Source: Acidimicrobiia bacterium (GTDB taxonomy: Bacteria > Actinomycetota > Acidimicrobiia > Acidimicrobiales > Bin134). From it: 64,000 nucleotides of DNA. Positions 52,284 to 61,309 of the stretch are shown here, piece after piece (position 1 is the first letter of the stretch; every line of letters begins with the position of its first letter). A program made the position numbers and the translations under genes. The notes beneath the pieces were generated by a model. It had not been told where the DNA came from and did no database searches. It was given only the letters and a program-made list of their open reading frames with translations. The stretch covers positions 20,227 to 84,226 of the forward strand of contig JAJDYU010000009.1 of NCBI GenBank assembly GCA_022825005.1, written 5' to 3'.

Positions 52284-53399
52284 TCAGATGCCGATGCGCT
52301 GAGCCAGCAGCTCGCGGTGATACGTGGGGTCGCCGAACAGGAGCTCCGACGACTTGGCCCGCTTGAAGTACAGGTGGGCGGGGTGCTCCCAGGTGAAGCC
52401 GATACCGCCGTGGATCTGGATGTTCTCGGCTGAGGCGTGGAAATAGGCCTCCGAGCAGTAGGCCTTGGCCAGGCTGGCCACCGAGGGGAGCTCGTCGTTC
52501 AGCTCCGACGCGCACCAGCCGGCGTAATAGGCGGCCGACTTGGCCGACTCAACCTCGAGCAGCATGTCGGCGCACTTGTGCTTGATGGCCTGGAACGACC
52601 CGATAGGCCGTCCGAACTGCACTCGGTCTTTGGCGTACTGAACCGACATGTCCAAACACATCTGGGCGCCGCCCACCTGCTCGGCCGCCAGGGCCACCGC
52701 AGCCAGGTCGAGCACCCGCTCAAGCACGGCCCAGCCACCGCCCTCGGCGCCGACCATCGCGACCGGGGTGTTGTCGAAGTCCAAGCGGGCCTGCTTGCGG
52801 GTCTGGTCCATGGTGGACAGGGCGGTGCGGGTCAAGCCCTCGGCGTCGCTGGGGCACCAGAACAGGCTCACCCCACCAGCGGTGCGAGCGGCCACCAGCA
52901 CCACATCGGCGGTGTGGCCGTCGATCACGAACATCTTGGTGCCGGAGATGCGCCAGCCGTCGCCGTCGGCCGTCGCCTCTACGGTGATGCCCGACTCATC
53001 CCAGCGGCCGTTCTCCTCGGTGAAGGCCAACGCGGCCACCGTCTCACCGGCAGCGATGCCGGGCAGCAGCGCAGTCTTTGCCTCCTCGTCACCGCTGTGG
53101 ATGAGGGTATTGGCGGCCAGCACCACACTGGAGAAGAACGGAGCGCAAAGCAGCGCCCGGCCCATCTCCTCCAGCACCACGATCAGCTCGATATAGCTGA
53201 AACCGCTGCCCCCGTACTCCTCGGGGATGATGAGGCCCTGGAGTCCGAGCTGCTCGGCCATCTGGTTCCAGACGGCGTCGTCGTAGCCCTTTTCGGTGTC
53301 CATCTGCTCGCGGACGGCCGATTCCGGGGATTTGTCCTCCAAGAACTGCCGGACGAAGCGCCGCAGTTCTTCTTGTTCCTCGCTGAAGGCAAAGTTCAC
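52284..53399 (-). CDS. acyl-CoA dehydrogenase
   Basis: 371 aa. Typical ACAD N-terminus MNFAFSEEQEELRRFVRQFL and C-terminal QIHGGIGFTWEHPAHLYFKRA. Confidence 0.9.
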   Translation of the reverse strand: MNFAFSEEQEELRRFVRQFLEDKSPESAVREQMDTEKGYDDAVWNQMAEQLGLQGLIIPEEYGGSGFSYIELIVVLEEMGRALLCAPFFSSVVLAANTLIHSGDEEAKTALLPGIAAGETVAALAFTEENGRWDESGITVEATADGDGWRISGTKMFVIDGHTADVVLVAARTAGGVSLFWCPSDAEGLTRTALSTMDQTRKQARLDFDNTPVAMVGAEGGGWAVLERVLDLAAVALAAEQVGGAQMCLDMSVQYAKDRVQFGRPIGSFQAIKHKCADMLLEVESAKSAAYYAGWCASELNDELPSVASLAKAYCSEAYFHASAENIQIHGGIGFTWEHPAHLYFKRAKSSELLFGDPTYHRELLAQRIGI

Positions 53400-53540
53400 G
53401 GCCTTGTTTTTACTAGACCGAACCCCCAGTAGCCACGCCCGAACCTGTCATGGGCCCGATAGATGGGGCACAATCTTGGTGCGAACCAGTTTTCCCTGAG
53501 TCTCAGAAATATCTGAGTCGGAGAGCGAGAAGACCCCGCC

Positions 53541-54149
53541 ATGACCCTGCACTGGCAAGACACCCAAGCCGAGATCCACAAAGTGGTCGTCGGGCCGATG
53601 GACAACAACGTCTACGTGGTCCGCTGCCGCCAGACCGGCGATGCGGTGCTGATCGACGCAGCCAACGAGCACGACCTCCTGCTGGAGATGTGCTCCGCTC
53701 TCGGGGTCCGCACCGTTTTGGAGACCCACGGACACTGGGATCACATCCAGGCCATCCCGGAGGTGCGCAATGCCGGCTACGACGTGGGGGTCACCGCTGA
53801 GGACGCCGCCATGCTCGACGCCTACGACTACCTGCTCGAGGACGAGTCGGTGATCGAGGTGGGCCGGCTCCGCCTGCACTGTATCCACACGCCGGGCCAC
53901 ACTCCGGGGTCGATGTCGTTCCGTCTGGAAGGCTCGCCCATCCTGTTCTCCGGCGACACCCTCTTCCCCGGCGGACCGGGCGCCACTGGATTCGAAGGCG
54001 GCGACTTCGACACCATCATCAAGTCCATCGACCGGCGAATCTTCGCCCCGCTGTCGGCCGACACCATGGTTCTCCCCGGCCACGGCGACCAGACCACCAT
54101 CGGCACCGAGACCCCCCATCTCCAGGAGTGGATCGACCGGGGCTGGTAG
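53541..54149 (+). CDS. MBL-fold metallo-hydrolase (glyoxalase II-like)
   Basis: THGHWDH (HxHxDH) and later HTPGHTPGS motifs. Confidence 0.85.
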   Translation: MTLHWQDTQAEIHKVVVGPMDNNVYVVRCRQTGDAVLIDAANEHDLLLEMCSALGVRTVLETHGHWDHIQAIPEVRNAGYDVGVTAEDAAMLDAYDYLLEDESVIEVGRLRLHCIHTPGHTPGSMSFRLEGSPILFSGDTLFPGGPGATGFEGGDFDTIIKSIDRRIFAPLSADTMVLPGHGDQTTIGTETPHLQEWIDRGW

Positions 54150-54220
54150 GCCCGCCCATCGGCGCGCCATGCGGCTTTTCGGTGATAGGGATGGCATCTC
54201 CTCCGGCGTAGACTGATCTG

Positions 54221-54979
54221 GTGAGCCAGCCCGAGGCCCCGCTCTTCGAGGTCGAGAATCTGCACGTCGCCACGGCTGAAGACGGCATCCCGATCTTGTC
54301 GGGCATCGACCTCACTGTTCGAGCCGGTGAGGTACACGCCCTCATGGGGCCTAACGGTTCGGGCAAGTCGACCCTGGCCAGCGCGCTTTTGGCCAGCCCC
54401 GAGTACGAGGTGACCGGGGGGCGGATCCGCTTCAGGGGCGACGACATCACCGACTGGCCCGCTGATGTGCGGGGCAAGGCCGGGCTGTTCTTGGCGTTCC
54501 AATACCCCCAGGAATTCCCCGGCGTGTCGGTGATGAACTTCCTGCGCCAAGCCCTGTCGGCCCGCAAGGGCATCGACTTGTCGGTGCTGGAGCTGCGCCT
54601 GGCGGTAATGGAGTGGATGGAGCGGTTCGACATGGACCCGTCCTTCGCCGACCGCTACCTGAACGACGGGTTCTCCGGGGGCGAGAAGAAGCGCAATGAG
54701 GTTCTCCAGCTGGCCATTTTGGAGCCGGAGATGGCCATCTTGGACGAGACCGACTCCGGCTTGGACATCGATGCTCTCAAGATCGTGGCCAGCGGGGTGC
54801 AGGAGGTGATGACCTCACGTCCGGAGATGGGGGTGCTGGCCATCACCCACTTCCGTCGTTTGCTCGACCATCTGGCCCCCGACCACGTCCACATCCTCAT
54901 GAACGGCAAGATCGCGGCCAGCGGCGGATTCGAGCTGGCCGCACAACTGGACGCCGAAGGGTACGAAGCATGGCGCTAG
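54221..54979 (+). CDS. sufC: Fe-S cluster assembly ATPase SufC (copy 1, canonical)
   Basis: GPNGSGKST Walker A, FSGGEKKRNEVLQ signature, ILDETDSGLD Walker B, C-terminal GYEAW. Confidence 0.9.
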   Translation: MSQPEAPLFEVENLHVATAEDGIPILSGIDLTVRAGEVHALMGPNGSGKSTLASALLASPEYEVTGGRIRFRGDDITDWPADVRGKAGLFLAFQYPQEFPGVSVMNFLRQALSARKGIDLSVLELRLAVMEWMERFDMDPSFADRYLNDGFSGGEKKRNEVLQLAILEPEMAILDETDSGLDIDALKIVASGVQEVMTSRPEMGVLAITHFRRLLDHLAPDHVHILMNGKIAASGGFELAAQLDAEGYEAWR

Positions 54980-56202
54980 ACCCCGGGTCCATTCGGGACG
55001 ATTTCCCGATCATGTGCCGCCAGGTACACGGCCGTCGCCTGGTGTACCTCGACTCGGCCGCTACCTCTCACAAGCCGAGGCCGGTTATCGACGCGGTCAC
55101 CGACTATTACGAGCGCTTCAACTCCAACGTCCACCGGGGCTCGTACCAACTGGCGGTGGAGGCCACCGAGGCGTTGGAGGAGGCTCGGAAGAAGGTCGCC
55201 GATTTCATCGGGGCCTCTCAGGACTCAGAGATCATTTTCGCCAAGAACGCCACCGAGGCGATCAATTTGGTGGCCCGAACCTGGGGTCGGACCAATCTGG
55301 GGCCGGGCGACCCGGTGGTGATCACCGAGTTGGAGCACCACGCCAACATCGTCCCCTGGCACATGCTGGCCGCCGAGCAGGGCATCGAGCTGCGCTGGAT
55401 CCCCATCCGCAGCGACGGCCATCTGGATCTGACCGATCTCGACCGCCTGCTCGACGGCGCCCGGCTGCTGAGCGTGGCCGCGGTGTCCAACGTGCTGGGC
55501 ACCATCAATCCCATCCGGCAGCTGGCCGACGCCGCCCACGAGGCCGGCGCGCTGATGATGGTGGACGCCAGCCAGTACACCCCCCACCTGCCCACCGATG
55601 TGGCGGAGATGGGGGCCGACTTCGTGGCCTTCACCGGCCACAAGATGTGCGGCCCCACTGGAATCGGGGTGCTGTGGGCCAAATCCGAGCTCCTAGAGGC
55701 CATGCCGCCGTTCTTGGGCGGCGGCGAGATGATCCTCAACGTGACCAAAGAGGGGTTCAGCACCGCGGCGGTGCCGTGGAAATTCGAGGCCGGAACTCCG
55801 CCCATAGCTGAGGCAGTGGGGCTGGGAGCGGCGGTGGACTATCTGAGTGGCCTGGGCATGGAGCAGGTTCGAGAACACGAGGTGGCCCTCACCGGCTACG
55901 CCCTGCGGACCCTGAACCAGCGCTACGGCGACGACATCACCATCCACGGGCCGACCGAGCCGGCTGAGCGGGGCGGGGTGCTGTCGTTCGAGTACAAGGG
56001 GATCCACCCCCACGATGTGGCCCAGGTATTGGACCGCTCCGCGGTGTGCGTGCGGGCCGGCCACCACTGCGCCAAGCCGCTGATGCGGGTGCTGGGCTGC
56101 TCCGCCACCAGCCGGGCCTCGATGTACGTGTACAACGACGAGTCAGACGTCGATGCCCTGGCCGATGCCCTGGCCGATGCCGACGCCTTCTTCATCGAGT
56201 GA
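54970..56202 (+). CDS. sufS: cysteine desulfurase SufS
   Basis: YLDSAATSHKP, NVHRG, TGHKMCGPTGIG (PLP Lys) and RAGHHCAKP (catalytic Cys) motifs. Confidence 0.9.
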   Translation: MALDPGSIRDDFPIMCRQVHGRRLVYLDSAATSHKPRPVIDAVTDYYERFNSNVHRGSYQLAVEATEALEEARKKVADFIGASQDSEIIFAKNATEAINLVARTWGRTNLGPGDPVVITELEHHANIVPWHMLAAEQGIELRWIPIRSDGHLDLTDLDRLLDGARLLSVAAVSNVLGTINPIRQLADAAHEAGALMMVDASQYTPHLPTDVAEMGADFVAFTGHKMCGPTGIGVLWAKSELLEAMPPFLGGGEMILNVTKEGFSTAAVPWKFEAGTPPIAEAVGLGAAVDYLSGLGMEQVREHEVALTGYALRTLNQRYGDDITIHGPTEPAERGGVLSFEYKGIHPHDVAQVLDRSAVCVRAGHHCAKPLMRVLGCSATSRASMYVYNDESDVDALADALADADAFFIE

Positions 56203-56266
56203 AGTCTTGAATGATGAAAGACTGCATATCGCTGAGCCCTCGCCCGTAGACTGTTGAACCGTCGCC

Positions 56267-56737
56267 ATGCCTGATCTTGAAGATCTCTACCGCGAGATCA
56301 TCCTCGACCACTACCGCAACCCCCGCAATCGGGGAGAGCTGGATACCCCGCCCGCCGTCCGGGCCGAGGGTTTCAACCCCTTGTGCGGCGACGAGGTGAT
56401 CATTTATGTGCAAGTGGCCGACGGGGTGATCGAAGACATCAAGTTCGGCGGCCAGGGCTGCTCGATCAGCCAAGCCTCCTCGTCAATGATGTCGGCTGCC
56501 GTCAAGGGCCGCACTGTCGAGGAGCTGCAACATTTCAACCAGGCCTTCAGGTCGATGATGTCCATCGAGCCCGACCCCGACGACCCCGCCCCCACCAACG
56601 GCAACAGCCCCGACGTCAAGCTCGGCGACCTGGAAGCCCTCAAAGGCGTGGTCAAGTTCCCGGTCCGCATCAAGTGCGCCACCCTCTCCTGGCACACCCT
56701 CACCCAAGCCGTGGAAGAGGCCCAAGCCGACTCCTGA
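56267..56737 (+). CDS. sufU: SUF scaffold/sulfur-transfer protein SufU (NifU/IscU-like)
   Basis: LYREIILDHYRNPRNRG...NPLCGDE...GQGCSISQASSSMM...IKCATLSW. Confidence 0.85.
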   Translation: MPDLEDLYREIILDHYRNPRNRGELDTPPAVRAEGFNPLCGDEVIIYVQVADGVIEDIKFGGQGCSISQASSSMMSAAVKGRTVEELQHFNQAFRSMMSIEPDPDDPAPTNGNSPDVKLGDLEALKGVVKFPVRIKCATLSWHTLTQAVEEAQADS

Positions 56738-56770
56738 CTCGGCCCCTCAGCCTGCCTCTAGCATTCAGCG

Positions 56771-57070
56771 CTAATTCAGGGCGTTGACTCGGCGGGCGAA
56801 TTCTAGGTCTAGTTCGGTTAGGCCGCCGGCGGCGTGGTTGGTTATGGCTATCTCTACGGTGGACCAGACGTTGGACCACTCGGGGTGATGGAACAGGCGC
56901 TCGGAGATCAGTGCTACTCGGGACATGAACCCGAAAGCCTCCGAGAAATCTGAGAAGTTGAACGTGGCGGCGAGCTTTTCTCCTTGGCGCTCCCATCCGG
57001 GCAGGTCTTCCAGGGCAGCGGCGATCTCCTCGTCGCTGAGCAGTTTCTTGGCATCGGCGTCTACGGCCAT
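56771..57070 (-). CDS. pterin-4-alpha-carbinolamine dehydratase (PCD/DCoH family)
   Basis: LSDEEIAAALEDLPGWE...FMSRVALISERLFHHPEWSNVWSTVEI is the PCD signature. 10-nt overlap with the end of sufC copy 2. Confidence 0.85.
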   Translation of the reverse strand: MAVDADAKKLLSDEEIAAALEDLPGWERQGEKLAATFNFSDFSEAFGFMSRVALISERLFHHPEWSNVWSTVEIAITNHAAGGLTELDLEFARRVNALN

Positions 57071-57867
57071 GGATCGCCTCCTAAGTGAATTTCAACCGGT
57101 GATTCGGCGCGGGTGTCGATCCAGGGATCGTAGCCAGTCTCCTCCAGTTGGGCGGCCAACTCGGGGCCTCCGGTCTCCGCGATTGCACCGTCGATGAGGA
57201 TGTGGACCACGTCGGCGTGGAGCACAGTCAGCAAACGGCTGAAGTGGGTGATGGCCAGCACGCCGAGGTTGTCTTCATGGGTGGCCTGCTCGATGCGATG
57301 ACTCACCGCGGCAAGTGCATCCACATCGAGGCCGCTGTCCAGCTCGTCCAAGATGGCGATTCGGGGGCGGAGCACGCCGAGTTGCACCGCCTCGCTTCGC
57401 TTCATCTCGCCTCCGGACAGGTCGACGTTCAGCGAGCGGTACAAGAGATCGGGGTCGAAGTCGACCAGCTCGGCCTCAGCGGCCACTTGGGCTTCCACGG
57501 CGCTCCGGTCGCCGCCAATGGCAGCCACTGCCTCCTCAAGCATGTTCTCCAAGCCCACACCCGGAACCTCGGTGGGGTATTGCTGGGTGGAGAACAGCCC
57601 CGCGTGGGCTCGCTCCCACGGGGACAGTTCCACGAGATCAACATCATTCAGAGTGATCGACCCCGCGGTTACCTCGTAGCCGGGGCGGCCCATGATGGCG
57701 TAGGCCAGGGTTGACTTCCCCGAGCCGTTGGGGCCCATCACCGCGTGGACTTCGCCCGATGCCACCCGCAGGTCCACCCCATTCAGCACCATTTGCCCGC
57801 CGACTTGGACGTGCAAATCTGAGACCACCAGCTCGCTCTGGGCAGCCTTACTCATGTCGCTGCCCAT
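57061..57867 (-). CDS. sufC: SufC paralogue (copy 2, divergent)
   Basis: GPNGSGKST, LSGGEMKRSEAVQ, ILDELDSGLD and GYDPW. About half the residues are identical to copy 1 by eye. Start ATG 57867 or 57855. Confidence 0.85.
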   Translation of the reverse strand: MGSDMSKAAQSELVVSDLHVQVGGQMVLNGVDLRVASGEVHAVMGPNGSGKSTLAYAIMGRPGYEVTAGSITLNDVDLVELSPWERAHAGLFSTQQYPTEVPGVGLENMLEEAVAAIGGDRSAVEAQVAAEAELVDFDPDLLYRSLNVDLSGGEMKRSEAVQLGVLRPRIAILDELDSGLDVDALAAVSHRIEQATHEDNLGVLAITHFSRLLTVLHADVVHILIDGAIAETGGPELAAQLEETGYDPWIDTRAESPVEIHLGGDPWP

Positions 57868-57885
57868 GTCGCTGACTCATCGTGC

Positions 57886-58227
57886 TTACCCATCTTGGCC
57901 GACCTCCAGCCAGACCTGGCCCTCATCCACACCCACGTCATAGACCGGCACCGGGCGAGTAGCGGGCAGAGTCTCAGCCTCCCCGGTAGACAAGTTGAAC
58001 AGGCTGCCGTGCTTCCAACACTCGATGGTGCCCTCCTCGGCATCCACTTCGCCCTCGGCCAGGGAGTAGTCAGCATGGCTGCACGTGTCGCCCAGGGCAT
58101 AGAGATCATCTCCCACGCGGATGACTGCGATCCGGTGAACCAACCCGCCAACTTCAACGTCGAACCGTCGGGCCTCGCCGTCTCCCATCTCATCGAGCGG
58201 GCACAAAGTGATCCGCTCCGAGCTCAT
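57886..58227 (-). CDS. Rieske [2Fe-2S] ferredoxin-like protein
   Basis: CSHADYSL...CWKHGSLF Rieske ligand boxes. Position between sufD and sufC, as I recall for Streptomyces suf operons. Confidence 0.85.
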   Translation of the reverse strand: MSSERITLCPLDEMGDGEARRFDVEVGGLVHRIAVIRVGDDLYALGDTCSHADYSLAEGEVDAEEGTIECWKHGSLFNLSTGEAETLPATRPVPVYDVGVDEGQVWLEVGQDG

Positions 58228-59486
58228 GAGCCGCTACCCCCATCGACACCGTGATGGCTCAAACCCGCGATCTTTGAATCAAGCCGCTCCCGCACCGCGG
58301 GCATCGCCCCGGGCACGGGGAACTGGTCCAAAACCTCATTGAAGAACCCGGTCACGATGAGACGTTCGGCGGTGTCGGTGGGCACCCCCCGGCTTTCCAG
58401 GTAGAACAGCTGGTCGCCGTCGATGGGCCCCACCGCAGAAGCGTGGCTGCAATGGACCTCGTTGTTCTCGATCTCCAGGTTGGGCACCGACTCGGCCCAG
58501 GCGTCTTCTGACAGCTTGATGTTGCGGTTGGTCTGGTAGGCGTTGGTGCCCCGGGCGTCGGGCCGCACCCTGATCAAGCCGGTGTACACCGACCGGGAGG
58601 CATCGTCCACCGCACCCTTGAACAACAAGGTGCTGGTGGTGTCGGGAGCGGCGTGGTCTTGGAAGGTTCGGAAGTCCAGGGTCTGCTCGCCGTCGCCGAA
58701 GTACAGCGAGATCAGATCACCCGTGGCCCCCCGACCCGACAAGTGGGTGTCCAGACGAGTCCGGGCGTATTCGCCGCCCAAAGCTGCAGACGACGCCCGC
58801 AGGTGGGCCTGCGCGCCGATGTGGCTGACCTGCGAGCCGATGTGCCATACCTTGGGCCCAAGGTCCTGCACGGCCAGATACCCCACCCGGGCGGCAGCGG
58901 CCACCCTGATCTCGATCACCGGGCTGACGAACGCAGAAACGTCGGCTGAGCCGTACAGCTCCAGTACCTCGACCGAGGAATCGGCCCCCGCGTCCACGAT
59001 CAACCGGGGGAAAGCCGCTCCCCCATCGGCGTCGAGCCAATGGCGCACCACGATGGGCCCTTCCACATTCACTCCCGAGGGCACCCGCACCAGCAGCGGC
59101 TCCACGGAGAATGCCGCATTCATGAGGGCGAACAGGTCCACATCAACCGAGGCGGCCAGCTCGGCGTCGTCGTCGCCCAATGGCCGGACCTCCACTCCTT
59201 GGTCGGCCACCTCGGCGGGAAGCTCAACGCCGCAGAGCCGCCCGTTGCTGGTGTCGGCCATCACGCTGTGTTCAGGAACGGCAACTGGCGAAACACCACC
59301 ACCGTCGGCCAGCTGATAGCGGCTCAGGTCCAACTGCCCGATTGGGGTGTACCGCCAAACCTCCTCTTCCACCGAGGGCATCGCCGCGGCAGCCACCTGT
59401 TCGGCGGCAGCCACTCGTCGGCGGGCCAGCCAATCGGGGCCGGGTATGGCACCGGCCGCATCGGGGGTGAATTGGGTTTCGATCAC
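58224..59486 (-). CDS. sufD: Fe-S cluster assembly protein SufD
   Basis: C-terminal block SRSVYTGLIRV...QTNRNIKLSEDA...NLEIENNEVHCSHASAVGPID..QLFYLESRG. Confidence 0.85.
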   Translation of the reverse strand: MIETQFTPDAAGAIPGPDWLARRRVAAAEQVAAAAMPSVEEEVWRYTPIGQLDLSRYQLADGGGVSPVAVPEHSVMADTSNGRLCGVELPAEVADQGVEVRPLGDDDAELAASVDVDLFALMNAAFSVEPLLVRVPSGVNVEGPIVVRHWLDADGGAAFPRLIVDAGADSSVEVLELYGSADVSAFVSPVIEIRVAAAARVGYLAVQDLGPKVWHIGSQVSHIGAQAHLRASSAALGGEYARTRLDTHLSGRGATGDLISLYFGDGEQTLDFRTFQDHAAPDTTSTLLFKGAVDDASRSVYTGLIRVRPDARGTNAYQTNRNIKLSEDAWAESVPNLEIENNEVHCSHASAVGPIDGDQLFYLESRGVPTDTAERLIVTGFFNEVLDQFPVPGAMPAVRERLDSKIAGLSHHGVDGGSGS

Positions 59487-59854
59487 GAACGCCGACGGCG
59501 CTTTCGCCGCTTCGCCTTTCCGCCGCCGCCCGCTCGCAGCCGCCGCCGTGACTTCTCCCTCTCCAGCTCGGCCAGCACCCGGGGGCCGGCCTCGTTCACG
59601 ATGTCTTCGGCCGCGTCCAAAAGTGCGCCGACGCTCTCGTCGCTGCCCACGCTGGCTGGCGCATCAGGAGTGGGCGGCGTGACCAGCGTGCCGTGCGACC
59701 AGTTCACATCCACCATCCGCCGTTCATAGGCCGAGCAGTCGTCGGGACAGCGCCACGGGGCCTCGGGGGCCAAGTCTAAATCGCACTTCCGGACGGTCTC
59801 CCCATTGGGGTACGACCGGCTCTCGAAGAACTTGCAATCCTGCCGCATGGGCAT
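59483..59854 (-). CDS. unknown 123-aa protein: N-terminal 4-Cys region, C-terminal polybasic tail
   Basis: ATG 59854 shares one nt with the sufB stop (TGATG). Its own stop overlaps the sufD GTG (GTGA). Cys pattern C-x16-C-x11-C-x3-C. The tail is RRRLRAGGGGKAKRRKRRRRS. Confidence 0.55.
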   Translation of the reverse strand: MPMRQDCKFFESRSYPNGETVRKCDLDLAPEAPWRCPDDCSAYERRMVDVNWSHGTLVTPPTPDAPASVGSDESVGALLDAAEDIVNEAGPRVLAELEREKSRRRLRAGGGGKAKRRKRRRRS

Positions 59855-61263
59855 CAGCCGACAGATCCCTCCATCTGCAACTCGATCAGCCGGCTCCACT
59901 CCACGGCGTACTCCATCGGCAGAGTGCGGGTAATGGGCTCGATGAAGCCGTTGACGATCATGCCCATGGCCTGCTCCTGGGTCAGCCCCCGGCTCATCAG
60001 ATAAAACAGCTGCTCATCGGCCACCTTGGAAACGGTGGCCTCATGTCCGATCTCGGCATCCCGGGTGCCCACCTCCATGTAGGGGTAGGTGTCGGAAACG
60101 CTGTCCTCATCCAGGATCAGGGCGTCGCACTGCACGTGGCTGCGGCACCCGTAGGCGTCGTCCTCCACCCTGACCAAACCCCGGTAGCTGGTGCGGCCGC
60201 CGCCGTTGGAGATCGACTTGGACACGATCTTGGAGGTGGTCTCCGGGGCGGCGTGGGTCATCTTGGCCCCGGCGTCCTGGTGCTGGTCGGGCCCGGCATA
60301 GGCCACCGACAGCACCTCGCCCGAGGCCTTGGGACCGACCATCACCACTGCGGGGTACTTCATGGTGAGCCGGGAGCCGATGTTGCCGTCGATCCACTCC
60401 ATGTGGCCCTCGGCCTCGACCTTGGCCCGCTTGGTGACCAGGTTGTACACGTTGTTGGACCAGTTTTGGATGGTGGTGTAGGTGACCCGGGCCGACTTCT
60501 TGACCAGGATCTCCACCACCGCGGAATGAAGCGAATCGCTGGTGTACACCGGGGCCGAGCACCCTTCGATGTAGTGAACCTGTGAACCCTCGTCGGCGAT
60601 GATGAGGGTCCGCTCGAACTGGCCCATGTTCTCGGCGTTGATGCGGAAGTAGGCCTGAAGCGGCATCTCCACCTCCACGCCGGGGGGCACATAGATGAAG
60701 CTTCCCCCCGACCAGACGGCGGAGTTCAGAGCGGAGAACTTGTTGTCGCCCGGCGAGATGATGGTGCCGAAGTGCTCCTTGACCAGCTCGGGATACTCCT
60801 TGAGCGCAGTGTCCATGTCGCAGAACAGCACGCCCTGGCGCTCCAGATCCTCCCGATTGCGGTGGTAAACCACCTCGGACTCGTACTGGGCGGTGACCCC
60901 AGCCAGGTACTTGCGCTCAGCCTCGGGGATGCCCAGCTTCTCGTAGGTGTCCTTGATCGAGTCGGGCACGGCCTCCCAGTCGTCGGCCAGGCCCTCGGTG
61001 GGCTTGATGTAGTAGTAGATGTTGTCGAAGTCGATGCCCGACATGTCGCCGCCCCAGTTGGGCATGGGCCGCTTCTCGAACCGGGACAGCGACTTCAGGC
61101 GGAAGTTCCGCATCCAGTCGGGCTCGCTCTTCATCCACGACATCTCCTGAACGATGTCGGTGTTGAGCCCTTTTTTGGGCTTGAAGACGTAATCTTCCTC
61201 GTCGCTCCATCCGAGCTTGTATCGGCCGAGATCTAGAGCAAGGGCTTCCGACGACATATCCAA
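59854..61263 (-). CDS. sufB: Fe-S cluster assembly protein SufB
   Basis: 469 aa, with the conserved SufB core ([17 protein letters not shown]...CDALILD). TTG start 61263. No intein-sized insertion. Confidence 0.95.
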   Translation of the reverse strand: MDMSSEALALDLGRYKLGWSDEEDYVFKPKKGLNTDIVQEMSWMKSEPDWMRNFRLKSLSRFEKRPMPNWGGDMSGIDFDNIYYYIKPTEGLADDWEAVPDSIKDTYEKLGIPEAERKYLAGVTAQYESEVVYHRNREDLERQGVLFCDMDTALKEYPELVKEHFGTIISPGDNKFSALNSAVWSGGSFIYVPPGVEVEMPLQAYFRINAENMGQFERTLIIADEGSQVHYIEGCSAPVYTSDSLHSAVVEILVKKSARVTYTTIQNWSNNVYNLVTKRAKVEAEGHMEWIDGNIGSRLTMKYPAVVMVGPKASGEVLSVAYAGPDQHQDAGAKMTHAAPETTSKIVSKSISNGGGRTSYRGLVRVEDDAYGCRSHVQCDALILDEDSVSDTYPYMEVGTRDAEIGHEATVSKVADEQLFYLMSRGLTQEQAMGMIVNGFIEPITRTLPMEYAVEWSRLIELQMEGSVG

Positions 61264-61309
61264 ATCCTAGTTACAGGGGAGGTGTGGTTGACTTGAATAC
61301 TACCGGCGG

